A stretch of DNA of 53,371 bases from Elainellaceae cyanobacterium (lineage in GTDB: Bacteria; Cyanobacteriota; Cyanobacteriia; CAZCXK01): assembly GCA_051117555.1 (NCBI GenBank), contig JBNPEG010000063.1, positions 1 to 53,371 on the forward strand. The letters are read 5' to 3'. The notes beneath the pieces are model-generated. The model had not been told where the DNA came from, ran no database searches, and saw only the letters and a list, made by a program, of their open reading frames with translations. The position numbers and the translations under genes were made by a program. This document shows positions 28,171-37,563 of the stretch, one piece after another. The first letter of the stretch is position 1. Every line of letters begins with the position of its first letter.

Positions 28171-30444
28171 ATGCCAGCAACGGTCGCTCCAGATAACGTC
28201 GAGCGAATTGTGCAAAACCGCCATCATGACCCGTTCGAAGTGCTGGGTCCGCACCAGGTTATCAGCAACGGGACATCGCGATGGACGGTGCGAGCATATT
28301 TACCCAATGCTGAGGCTGCATGGGTCATTCGCCCATCTGAGCGAAAGGAGTATCCGATGGAGCCGACGCACCACCCTCACTTTTTTGAGTGTGAGTTAGA
28401 CGGTCCGATGCTTCCAAACTATCAGCTCAAAATCAAAGAGGGTGACCATGAACGGGTAATCTATGACCCTTATGCATTCCGTTCACCTCTCCTGACAGAC
28501 TTTGACATTCATCTGTTCGCTGAGGGAAAACACCATCGGATTTATGAAAAGATGGGAGCCCACTTTACCCAAATTGAAGGGGTTCAGGGCGTTTATTTCT
28601 CGGTATGGGCTCCCAATGCTCGCAACGTGTCTGTGATCGGCGACTTCAATGACTGGGACGGTCGCAAACATCAGATGCGTCAAATTGGGGCTGGCATTTG
28701 GGATCTATTTGTGCCCGAATTTCGCGCAGGCGAAAAATATAAATTCGAAATCAAGAACCTAGAGGGGCATGTCTATCACAAGTCTGACCCCTACGGAGTT
28801 GAGCAAGAAGTGCGCCCCCAGACCGCGTCGATTGTCAACGACCTCAACTATGCGTGGAACGATCAGGCGTGGATGGAGCGTCGTCGCAGTCTCGACCCAC
28901 AGGAGCAGCCCATTTCTGTCTATGAAATGCATGCTGGATCGTGGCTGCACGCTAGCGCCGATACCCCTCCCGAATCGGGGCAGGTGGTGCGTGTCTCTAA
29001 AAAGCCGGAAGGTCGATTTCTGACCTATCGAGAATTGGCAGACAAGCTCATTCCCTACGTTAAAGAACTGGGCTACACCCATATCGAACTTTTGCCGATC
29101 GCAGAGCATCCCTATGACGGCTCGTGGGGATACCAAGTCGCCGGATATTTTGCGCCGACATCGCGCTTTGGCAGCCCTCAAGACTTGATGTATTTCATTG
29201 ACCAATGCCATCAACATGATATTGGGGTCATTGTTGATTGGGTTCCAGGGCATTTTCCTAAAGACAGCCACGGGCTTGCTTTCTTCGATGGCACTCATCT
29301 CTATGAACATGCTGATCCGCGTAAAGGCGAGCATAAAGAGTGGGGAACCTACGTCTTTAACTACTCGCGCAACGAGGTTCGCAATTTTCTAGTTGCGAAT
29401 GCCCTGTTTTGGTTTGATAAGTATCATATCGACGGCATTCGGGTTGATGCCGTCGCGTCAATGCTCTATCTCGACTACGATCGCAAAGATGGAGAATGGG
29501 TACCCAACCAGTTTGGGGGGCACGAAAATCTAGAGGCCGTCGATTTTCTTAGAGAGCTAAACTACTTAATCTTTGGCTACTATCCTGGCATTCTGTCGAT
29601 TGCTGAAGAGTCAACCTCGTGGCCTAACGTCTCTCGCCCGACCTATATCGGGGGCTTAGGCTTTAGCTTTAAGTGGAACATGGGCTGGATGCACGACATG
29701 CTGGACTATTTCAGCAAAGACCCGATGTATCGCAAGTACCACCAAAACAACATCACCTTTAGCATTTGGTACGCTTTCAGCGAGAATTTCATGCTGGCGC
29801 TTTCCCATGATGAAGTCGTTCATGGCAAGGGCAATATTTACCAGAAAATGCCGGGTGATGAATGGCAAAAGCTCGCCAATCTGCGTGCTTTGTATGGGTA
29901 TATGTTTACGCATCCAGGCAAGAAGACGCTGTTTATGGGCATGGAGTTTGGGCAAACCCACGAGTGGAATGCCTGGGCTGATTTAGATTGGGGCTTGCTC
30001 CAGCATGAGCCTCACCAAAAGCTCAAGAACTATATGGCAGACTTGAATGCGCTGTATCGCGGCCAACCCGCCCTCTACACCGAAGACTTTTCAGATGCAG
30101 GGTTTGAGTGGATTGACTGTAATGATGCCGACAATAGCGTGGTGTCATTCATTCGCAAAGACAGGCACTCAGATGACTTTCTGGTGACGGTCTGCAACTT
30201 TGCGCCTCAGCCTAAGTTTGACTATTGGATCGGCGTACCCGAACCGGGCTTTTATCAGGAACTGCTTAACAGCGATGCTGATATATATGGTGGAAGCGGA
30301 GTCGGCAATCATAGCGGCCAGTGGACTGTCGATTGGCAAAATCCTCGATTTCCCTATGCGCTGCCGCTGACGCTGCCGCCTCTTGGGGTGCTGGTGTTTA
30401 AGCTCGACTCGTCGAAGCCCGAGAAATCTGTTTGGATGGAATAG
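28171..30444 (+). CDS. glgB: 1,4-alpha-glucan branching enzyme
   Basis: VWAPNA, GSWGYQV, DWVPGHFP, IDGIRVDAVASMLY, AEEST and LSHDEVVHGK. Confidence 0.98.
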   Translation: MPATVAPDNVERIVQNRHHDPFEVLGPHQVISNGTSRWTVRAYLPNAEAAWVIRPSERKEYPMEPTHHPHFFECELDGPMLPNYQLKIKEGDHERVIYDPYAFRSPLLTDFDIHLFAEGKHHRIYEKMGAHFTQIEGVQGVYFSVWAPNARNVSVIGDFNDWDGRKHQMRQIGAGIWDLFVPEFRAGEKYKFEIKNLEGHVYHKSDPYGVEQEVRPQTASIVNDLNYAWNDQAWMERRRSLDPQEQPISVYEMHAGSWLHASADTPPESGQVVRVSKKPEGRFLTYRELADKLIPYVKELGYTHIELLPIAEHPYDGSWGYQVAGYFAPTSRFGSPQDLMYFIDQCHQHDIGVIVDWVPGHFPKDSHGLAFFDGTHLYEHADPRKGEHKEWGTYVFNYSRNEVRNFLVANALFWFDKYHIDGIRVDAVASMLYLDYDRKDGEWVPNQFGGHENLEAVDFLRELNYLIFGYYPGILSIAEESTSWPNVSRPTYIGGLGFSFKWNMGWMHDMLDYFSKDPMYRKYHQNNITFSIWYAFSENFMLALSHDEVVHGKGNIYQKMPGDEWQKLANLRALYGYMFTHPGKKTLFMGMEFGQTHEWNAWADLDWGLLQHEPHQKLKNYMADLNALYRGQPALYTEDFSDAGFEWIDCNDADNSVVSFIRKDRHSDDFLVTVCNFAPQPKFDYWIGVPEPGFYQELLNSDADIYGGSGVGNHSGQWTVDWQNPRFPYALPLTLPPLGVLVFKLDSSKPEKSVWME

Positions 30445-30643
30445 CATCTAGCCATTCCGGCTCTGGTGAGTGAGATGGGGTAGCGGTTTGCCCGCAAACC
30501 CCAGAAGGCAATGAGCCAGGAGGGAGCGGTTATGCGTGAGGGGGCAGGCGTGGACTAAAAAGCCTGACCGTTTGACGGTTGAGGGTGACGATTGAGGCTC
30601 AGAGCTTGAATGCTGGAGAAAGTTGCTCGATGTTCTGAGTTCT

Positions 30644-30769
30644 GAGTTCTGAGCTTGAATGTTGGAGTTCTAAGCTCAAAGTTTCGAGTTCTAAGCTCAA
30701 AGTTTCGAGTTCTAAGCTCAAAGTTTCGAGTTCTGAGGTTGGAACTTCGAGTTCTGAGGTTAGAGCTTC
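30644..30769. repeat. 21-bp tandem repeat x6 (GAGTTCTAAGCTCAAAGTTTC consensus, heptamer-derived)
   Basis: Three identical units at 30665, 30686 and 30707, plus diverged units at 30644, 30728 and 30749. Confidence 0.9.
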
Positions 30770-30799
30770 GATCAAAACGGTTGAAAGGTGAGGGGTGTA

Positions 30800-30899
30800 A
30801 TATCAATTCTTCGAAGTAAGGCTATAAATGAACAGGCTAGAACTGCAAGGCTGGTGGCCGTCAATCCAAAATCGCAAATCCAAAATCGAGAATTGGTAT
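30800..30899. mobile_element. Possible ~100-bp MITE-like element with internal AAAATCC/G heptamers
   Basis: ATATCAATTCT / AGAATTGGTAT inverted ends (1 mismatch); internal aatccaaaatcgcaaatccaaaatcg. Confidence 0.4.
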
Positions 30900-31112
30900 A
30901 GGCGATCGCCCATTGCATACCGACGGCATTCGGGCATTGATGATTGTCCTGATGAAAAATCTCTGGGTTTGCCTGTTTAGCGTAAACCCCTGATCAAAAC
31001 ATCTATCAAAAGTGAGCTGACAATCTGCCGTCATGCCTCCGAAGCTAGAGCAGGTGCAACTTTACAAATCTCAAAAATCTTGGTATTCATCTAAACGTTG
31101 CTGTTAAATGCT

Positions 31113-31142
31113 GAACTCAGTGGATTAGAACTCAGTGGATTA
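31113..31142. repeat. 15-bp perfect direct repeat x2 upstream of gghA
   Basis: GAACTCAGTGGATTA x2. Confidence 0.85.
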
Positions 31143-31297
31143 GCAGGTGAACAGTCAGCGTTTAGGTGACGATGCGATACCGTGAATTTTGCAAAAGAAA
31201 GCCCCGAAGCAGGCATCCATTCTAGTGTCGAAGCTCACGTCTTGAAGCATCACGTTAAGATATTAAGCCAAATTGTCGATCAGAATCAGGAGTAAGC

Positions 31298-33829
31298 ATG
31301 GTTGCAACAGGTCAATCGTCTATTGCGTTAGTTGAGCGTGCGACTCAAGAACTACTGGATTGGGCAGAGCAGGTGCATCACTCCGATGAAACCATCTTGC
31401 ACAAAGCCCAAACGCTCGCAACTCGGTTGGGGGCTCACTATCGCGCCGATGGATTGACCGAAATCGGCTTTTGGGCACCTGAACTGGGTGCCGATATGTT
31501 TCAGCCCAAAAATATTTATCTAGAGGTGCTCACGCCCAAAGGAAAGATTGATCCAGCTAAGCCCAAACAGCGGGTCACATTTCGACGAGAGTATGTTCAG
31601 CTTGAAAAGCAAGGTGAATACTTCTGGGGCGTCATCTCAGGCATGCGTCCAGGACATGCCGAGCAGTTTGGGTCTTTCTATTGGTTACGCTATCTTGATT
31701 TCGAAAACGAGTTAAGAACGATTGGTGATTTTCTTGCCTATTCGCTGCCGTTTGGAGCATATGCACCCGCAGAACTCTACGATATGAGCCAATTGCAGTC
31801 TCGACGTGCAGACCTAGACTATTTTGAACAGGGCGATCGCGACGCAGATGGGGTAATCCGCGTGCATCCGCCTCGAAATATTTTGCAGCTTCATATCGGC
31901 ACCGTCTCTCCAGAAGGAACTCTCGCCGGGTTGGCTCGCATTTATCGCCGCATTGCTGAAAAGCTCGTTGCTCAAGAGCCGTTAACGCCTGCTGAGCAAA
32001 ACTATGTGGGCTATGATGCGGTGCAGCTCTTACCCATTGAGCCTACGGTTGAATATTTAGCTGACCACGAGATCGGGCAAGGGTTCTTTGTCTTCAGTGA
32101 GGCAGATATCGATGAAATGGACCCCGACGACGAAGATATTGACTATGAAGCGGGTGATATCAAAATCACATTGAAAAAGCCCAATATTCAAAATTGGGGC
32201 TACGACATCGTGATTTTTGGATCGTCTGCCACCAATCCGGCTGTGCTGAGTACGCTGCGCCCCGACGAGTTAATTGACTTTATCTCAGTTCTGCATAATT
32301 TCCCGACAGGGCCTATTCAGGTCATTTACGACATCGTATACGGACACGCTGACAACCAAGCCCTCGACTTGCTTAACGGTCGCTTTTTGAAAGGCCCCAA
32401 CATGTATGGGCAGGATGTCAATCACCAGAACCCGACCGTGCGCGCCATTTTGCTCGAAATGCAGCGGCGTAAAAATAACACGGGTGTGGATGGCATTCGC
32501 GTCGATGGGGCGCAGGATTTCAAATTCTTTAATCCTCTGTCAGGTCGGGTCGAATACGATGACAGCTATCTCAATGACATGGCAGAGGTGATTCAGGAAA
32601 TTGGCGACGCTCAGCGCAAGCCATTCGCTATTTTTGAAGATGGTCGTCCTTGGCCTGCTGAAGGATGGGAAGACGTATCGACCTATCGCGACATTATTGA
32701 ATACAAGCCAGACGCCTTTCAGTGGGGGCCCCTCATCTTTGCCCACAATACCCCTACCCTGACTGACTTTTGGGATAAAAAATGGCGCCGAGTTTGTGAG
32801 GTGATGCAGGTTGGTGAAAATTGGGTCACGGGGTGCGGCAATCACGATACGCTGCGCCGAGGAACTCAGATCGATCCCGATTTGCCGGTGAACTGGAATC
32901 TAGGACAAAATCTGCCGGAGATTCTAAACAACGCATACGACAATCCGGCGATCGCCCTATTAATCTATGGATTTAGCCCTGGCCTGCCGATGGATTTCAT
33001 TAACTGCACCATGCGTGCGCCTTGGGGGTTTCTGAGAAATACTGACGATCGCTACGGCGTTAAGGTTGTTTCAGAAGAAGCAGGCGGGTTTCTGGATTGG
33101 CAAGTTCTTCCGGAGTACTACCAAGAAACGGACGCATTTCCTCGACTCAAGCAATTGGGCTTTATGAAGCTGAAAGAACTGCGGCAGTTCATGAGGGGGT
33201 TGTACGAAGCCATTCAAGAAACGAATTATGACCTCGAAGAAGTCGCTCACATCTGTCGAGCATGTCTTGGACTTGAAGCGTCTGCCGCAACGGAATTACA
33301 AGATGAGCAGCGTTCGTCGATTGCCGAACTTAAAAAGCTGAATATAGAGGGCAAGTCCAAGGTTCTAACCGAAATCGATATTGCAAAACTGAAGGCGATC
33401 GCCCACGCCTTTATGGAAGACGCTCACGACCTCTCCAATGTGTGGCACCATGCCGACTTGCTCAATCCTGACCAGACCACCTATAATCTTGCCCTGCGCC
33501 GATTTCGGCAAGCAAATCCTTGGCTCCAAAGTAATTTTTCGGGCAGTGATAGATTTAATCGCATCAGCGACGACCATCAAACCATATTCTACGGATTGCG
33601 CACCGCTCCGTCTGTCACAGAGGAATCAGACACGACGTATCAAATTGCTCTCGTGGCTCACATGGGAGGAGATCCGGTGATGGCAACGCTAGGAGACTGG
33701 CTGCAAATTAACTTAGATGAATGGAAGGTGGCGATCGCCTCTCCAGGTCTAGTCATCGGAGAGGATACACCATTGCAATCGTTTGAGCTACACGATAGTC
33801 AAGCGCTCTTATTAGAGCGAATTCACTAG
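31298..33829 (+). CDS. gghA: Glucosylglycerol hydrolase (GH13-like, Slr1670 homologue)
   Basis: RLGAHYRADGLTEIGFW, QNWGYD, YDIVYGHADNQ, GIRVDGAQDF and CGNHDTLRRG, recalled as GghA-family features; AGGAG RBS. Confidence 0.82.
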   Translation: MVATGQSSIALVERATQELLDWAEQVHHSDETILHKAQTLATRLGAHYRADGLTEIGFWAPELGADMFQPKNIYLEVLTPKGKIDPAKPKQRVTFRREYVQLEKQGEYFWGVISGMRPGHAEQFGSFYWLRYLDFENELRTIGDFLAYSLPFGAYAPAELYDMSQLQSRRADLDYFEQGDRDADGVIRVHPPRNILQLHIGTVSPEGTLAGLARIYRRIAEKLVAQEPLTPAEQNYVGYDAVQLLPIEPTVEYLADHEIGQGFFVFSEADIDEMDPDDEDIDYEAGDIKITLKKPNIQNWGYDIVIFGSSATNPAVLSTLRPDELIDFISVLHNFPTGPIQVIYDIVYGHADNQALDLLNGRFLKGPNMYGQDVNHQNPTVRAILLEMQRRKNNTGVDGIRVDGAQDFKFFNPLSGRVEYDDSYLNDMAEVIQEIGDAQRKPFAIFEDGRPWPAEGWEDVSTYRDIIEYKPDAFQWGPLIFAHNTPTLTDFWDKKWRRVCEVMQVGENWVTGCGNHDTLRRGTQIDPDLPVNWNLGQNLPEILNNAYDNPAIALLIYGFSPGLPMDFINCTMRAPWGFLRNTDDRYGVKVVSEEAGGFLDWQVLPEYYQETDAFPRLKQLGFMKLKELRQFMRGLYEAIQETNYDLEEVAHICRACLGLEASAATELQDEQRSSIAELKKLNIEGKSKVLTEIDIAKLKAIAHAFMEDAHDLSNVWHHADLLNPDQTTYNLALRRFRQANPWLQSNFSGSDRFNRISDDHQTIFYGLRTAPSVTEESDTTYQIALVAHMGGDPVMATLGDWLQINLDEWKVAIASPGLVIGEDTPLQSFELHDSQALLLERIH

Positions 33830-33975
33830 CATGATGGGCGAGGCTCACAGAGGTCATACACGAGCGATCGCAGAGTGCTTGCACAGCTATAGCGTGAGGC
33901 TAAAGGTCGAAATTCTGCCGCTCCCGCTGCTTTCGGAATACCCGATAGCATCCTTTAAACGCAACGAGCCTCGTC

Positions 33976-35346
33976 TTAACGCATCCAGTCTCGTCCAAGC
34001 TGAATCGTCACATCCGACTGCAATACACCCGTACTTTCCACCCGCACTTCTCCGATTCCCAACGCCGACCGGATTGCTTCGGCACTGGTGCTGTCACCTT
34101 GCTGAGCAATAATTCGCGTTTGCGAAAGGGTCTCCTCCCAATCACTTTCGACAGAAACGTTCCAATATCCAGCATCATTGAGCTGGTCGATTAACGTATT
34201 AACGGCTTCAGGCTGCCCGGTGCTATCCTGAATAGCGACCCTTAAATACTCAGGGTCAACCTGCTCAGCGTAACTTGACCCCGTCAGGAAGTGCTGCCCA
34301 ACCATCTCATCAATGCGCTCTTGATCCGGAATCCAATAGCTTAAATCGTAGTCGCCGGGTGAACTAAAATCTCCAGGAAGCATGAGCATATTGGTGTTGG
34401 AACGATCGGCCTGAGAGGCAAATCCGACCAGTGCAATCAGTTCCTCGATGCTGAGATTGGTATCGACATGTGACTGAATCACCGAAAGAATTTTAGGAAT
34501 TCGGGCAACTGTTCGAGGGCTCAGAGTCTGTTCGACGAGTGCTCGCATAAACATTTGCTGACGCTGCACCCGCCCAATATCGCCATAGGCGTCATACCGA
34601 AACCGAAGAAACTGTATGGCTTCCTCTCCGTCAAGATGCTGTTCGCCTTGCTCTAAGTCAATATAAAGATGCTGGCTTTCATCGGTATATTGCATATCTT
34701 CAGGGATATAAACCGTAACCCCACCAAGCGCATCAATCAGCTTTTCAACACCCTGGACATTAATGCGGACGTAGCGGTCGATGCCGACTCCCCCAAGTAA
34801 TTCACTCACCGCTTGGGCAGTGAGAGCAGGACCTCCATAGATATTGGCTTCATTCAGCTTGGTAGTTCCGATGCCGTCGACCCACGTGCGAGTATCTCTG
34901 GGTAGCGACAGAACATTCAGCTCTTGCGTATCGGGTGTGAAGCGGATGAGCATCATCGTATCTGACAACCCGTCGAAAGAGTTGACCAACGAGTGATACC
35001 CCAAATCTTGAAGCTCTGGAGGCGGGTTTTGCAGATCGGAACTGATGACCTTGATCCCCAACACCAAGATATTGACGGGACGGGTTAATCGCGGCAACCG
35101 AAAATCTGCTGAGGAAATATCGTCTTTCTCAAAAACGTCTGCCTCTTCAGGGCTGAGATTGCTCTGTAAAAGAGGGGTGCTTGCCAACGCAACGGCTAGG
35201 AGTGCCCCGGCTGCGGCGGAAACGATGGCAACCCCGGTTAAGCCAAATGTCAACCAAACCCAGCGAAAGCGGTCGGATTTGGTGGAGAGACTCGTCGGGT
35301 CGGACGATTGATTAGAGTTAGGATTAGAAACGTTTGGGGATGACAC
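33976..35346 (-). CDS. LCP (LytR-CpsA-Psr) family protein with LytR C-terminal domain
   Basis: N-terminal TM, NILVLG, SDTMML, SLPRDT, FLRFRYD and GDIGRVQRQQ; C-terminal SDVTIQLGRDW. Confidence 0.93.
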   Translation of the reverse strand: MSSPNVSNPNSNQSSDPTSLSTKSDRFRWVWLTFGLTGVAIVSAAAGALLAVALASTPLLQSNLSPEEADVFEKDDISSADFRLPRLTRPVNILVLGIKVISSDLQNPPPELQDLGYHSLVNSFDGLSDTMMLIRFTPDTQELNVLSLPRDTRTWVDGIGTTKLNEANIYGGPALTAQAVSELLGGVGIDRYVRINVQGVEKLIDALGGVTVYIPEDMQYTDESQHLYIDLEQGEQHLDGEEAIQFLRFRYDAYGDIGRVQRQQMFMRALVEQTLSPRTVARIPKILSVIQSHVDTNLSIEELIALVGFASQADRSNTNMLMLPGDFSSPGDYDLSYWIPDQERIDEMVGQHFLTGSSYAEQVDPEYLRVAIQDSTGQPEAVNTLIDQLNDAGYWNVSVESDWEETLSQTRIIAQQGDSTSAEAIRSALGIGEVRVESTGVLQSDVTIQLGRDWMR

Positions 35347-35520
35347 AAACTTCCTCAGTACAGGCTATGTCGTCTTGCAGCTCATGGGCGTTTCTAGGGA
35401 ATGGTCTGATATCAGCTCAAAGGAATTCAGTAGCGCACCTGCGCCTAAGCTACTTTGAATCTAACCATTAATAACACGCAAATTGCCCCATATTGCGAGA
35501 AATTCAGCAAATTCTTGGAT

Positions 35521-35928
35521 TTATGGTATGCGATCGCCCAGACGACTAATTCCGGGTAACCATATTGATTTACGTCGCCAAAGCTGTACCATCAGCCAAA
35601 TATTGGTTAAAAAATAACCCGATGTTAACAAACTACTCATAATCAACAGCGGTAATGACAAATTGTCAGCCGCTTGGGCTCCAGTGTTGAGCAGAATAGA
35701 GCCCATGAGCCATCCGAGGGCGAGGGTGATGGCAAGACGACTGACAGCTTGTTGGTGACGGGTTCCTTGCCCTCGATACAATATCCATAAGGATGGAAAA
35801 AACCCCGCAACGGGAATGAGGCACACAAACATCTGCAATCGCCTCATCTCGTGGGTTTCTAACCAATCCTCATCGGAAACGGATGATGCGTGGCGGGTAT
35901 TAAGAAATCGAGATCGACGGCGTGTCAT
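35521..35928 (-). CDS. Hypothetical membrane protein
   Basis: 135-aa ORF with about 3 hydrophobic segments, co-oriented upstream of the LCP gene. Confidence 0.7.
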   Translation of the reverse strand: MTRRRSRFLNTRHASSVSDEDWLETHEMRRLQMFVCLIPVAGFFPSLWILYRGQGTRHQQAVSRLAITLALGWLMGSILLNTGAQAADNLSLPLLIMSSLLTSGYFLTNIWLMVQLWRRKSIWLPGISRLGDRIP

Positions 35929-36261
35929 AGGATTTAACGATAATAATTCAAACGTTCAACACGTTTGGCTCTATCATATCCATTGAGTGATCTCCCCGCT
36001 ATAGAGCGTACGGAGAACGGGCTGATCAGGATTCTTGCCACTCCCAGGGTTGCAAGATCTCATCAACAGTTTACAAGCTATTTGCGGTTCAGACTTAGAA
36101 GCCCTCCGTCGAGCCGTTTGAGCGATCGCGGCTCACAAGCACATCAAAGCCCCGATTAGACGACCAGGCGATACAACTGAGAACGCAAATATAGAAATGA
36201 CAAAAGAAAATCAGGGAGGCCAATCCCAGAGCGGAGCGATTACTCGTTTGGAGCTTTTGCT

Positions 36262-36280
36262 GTAGTAGTAGTAGTAGTAG
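36262..36280. repeat. (TAG)6 microsatellite
   Basis: gtagtagtagtagtagtag, immediately left of a MITE. Confidence 0.75.
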
Positions 36281-36284
36281 CCCG

Positions 36285-36410
36285 AGTAAGTAGGTGGGCG
36301 GAATCAAATGTAGGATGGGTTAGCGATAGCGTAACCCATGCGGGCGTTGGGTTTCGTACCTCAACCCAACCTACACAGGTCTCATATTTAATTAGTCCCA
36401 CCTACTTACT
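36285..36410. mobile_element. 126-bp MITE with internal REP-like hairpins
   Basis: Perfect 14-bp TIR AGTAAGTAGGTGGG / CCCACCTACTTACT; internal GTAGGATGGGTTA...TAACCCAT and GTTGGG...CCCAACCTAC hairpins. Confidence 0.85.
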
Positions 36411-37271
36411 TGATGAGTTGCACAGCGTCAGCAGTCCTTCAACGGCAGGCAACGAATGAGCCCAGACCAACTCGTAGTTCAGTTCGAATAACGGCGTTCG
36501 CCTCAGGATCGAGACACCGGGATAGGTCATGCCGGGCACAGTTGGAGCATGGCCAACCCCAACGCCAGCCGCGACCATCGCGAATGTGTCCGCCATCGTG
36601 GAAACGTCGATCGCAATGGTCGGTTCAAATCCTGCTTCAGCAGTAAATCGCCGATACGTATCGTAGATAATCGGGTGGCGATCGCGAGCTGGCAGGATAA
36701 TAGGATAATCGGCTAAGTCATCTAGGTTCATGGGTTCTTTTGTTTCAAGTGGATGGCCCGACTGCACCAATACTGACAGCGGAACGGTGCCGAGATGCTG
36801 GCGATAAAGCCCTGTCGGGATTGAGTCATCCCAGGCGATCGCCACATCCACTTCACCATCGGCCAGTGCTGATCCGATGGAGCGCTCGTCTAGCTGGCAC
36901 AGGGTCACTCGCGTTTCAGGATGAGCCTGTTTGAACTTAGCAATGAGCTGCCCTACAGGTGGTTGGGCAGTGCCAATTCCCATGCCCACCGTTAATCTAT
37001 CGATGCCGTCAACAGCCCCTGCCCTGGCGGCCCGCACTGCCATGTCTGCATAGGCTACGGCTTTTCGCGCCGATTCCAGAAACCCCCGACCCGCTTGAGT
37101 CAGGGAAACCTCGCGGGAGGTGCGATCGAGCAGCTTTGCCCCCACGTCTGCTTCCAGGTCGCTCAGTAAGCGACTCATGGCGGGCTGCGAGATCCCGCAT
37201 TTGCTAGCTGCTCGCCCGAAGTGCAGCTCCTCAGCCAGCACAATAAAGGAATTCAGCGTTTTTAAATTCAT
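36402..37271 (-). CDS. LysR-family transcriptional regulator
   Basis: MNLKTLNSFIVLAEELHFGRAA...ISQPAMSR...LLDRTSREVSLT HTH; divergent from the efflux operon. Confidence 0.95.
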   Translation of the reverse strand: MNLKTLNSFIVLAEELHFGRAASKCGISQPAMSRLLSDLEADVGAKLLDRTSREVSLTQAGRGFLESARKAVAYADMAVRAARAGAVDGIDRLTVGMGIGTAQPPVGQLIAKFKQAHPETRVTLCQLDERSIGSALADGEVDVAIAWDDSIPTGLYRQHLGTVPLSVLVQSGHPLETKEPMNLDDLADYPIILPARDRHPIIYDTYRRFTAEAGFEPTIAIDVSTMADTFAMVAAGVGVGHAPTVPGMTYPGVSILRRTPLFELNYELVWAHSLPAVEGLLTLCNSSSK

Positions 37272-37384
37272 TGATACCAAAAATAATATTAAATCATTCG
37301 GATTTTATATTTCTCATATTATTAATATCATGCTAATTATGGATAAGTGCGGATTTGATATAGATTTCTATACCGTCGGCGATC

Positions 37385-37471
37385 GCTGAAATTGTCAACG
37401 GCTTCCTGACGCCATCAGGCACCAAGGCCAAAAAAGAAGCCGTTGTCTAGGGTCATCTCGACAGTTTCGGC
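37385..37471 (+). ncRNA. Candidate structured cis-regulatory RNA in the RND operon leader (SAM/SAH-riboswitch-like core)
   Basis: 12-bp outer stem (37385-37396/37460-37471, two G-U pairs), 9-bp inner stem (37397-37405/37436-37444), and CAACGGCTTCCTGACG at 37396-37411. Confidence 0.35.
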
Positions 37472-37563
37472 AGCTTTATTGCTGGCGGATTCTACTAGCT
37501 CAAAGCAGGAGAACTGGCCCCGATTCGCGATCGCTTTGCCCATTTCTTTTTAGAGCAGCCAAG

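Noticed and set aside
28759..29334. 191-aa antisense ORF within glgB, and similar antisense ORFs in treY, treZ, the RND gene, dnaE and menB
   Set aside because: Shadow ORFs opposite well-supported genes, with no motifs.
30644..30769. Second CRISPR-like array
   Set aside because: Units are directly tandem with no unique spacers; it is a simple tandem repeat.
35965..36307. Short ORFs 35965-36159 and 36095-36307
   Set aside because: No recognisable motif; the poly-Leu comes from the (TAG)n microsatellite, and one ORF starts within the MITE.
36620..36636. tRNA T-loop-like GGTTCAAATCC
   Set aside because: It lies inside the LysR coding region, with no acceptor, D or anticodon arms.
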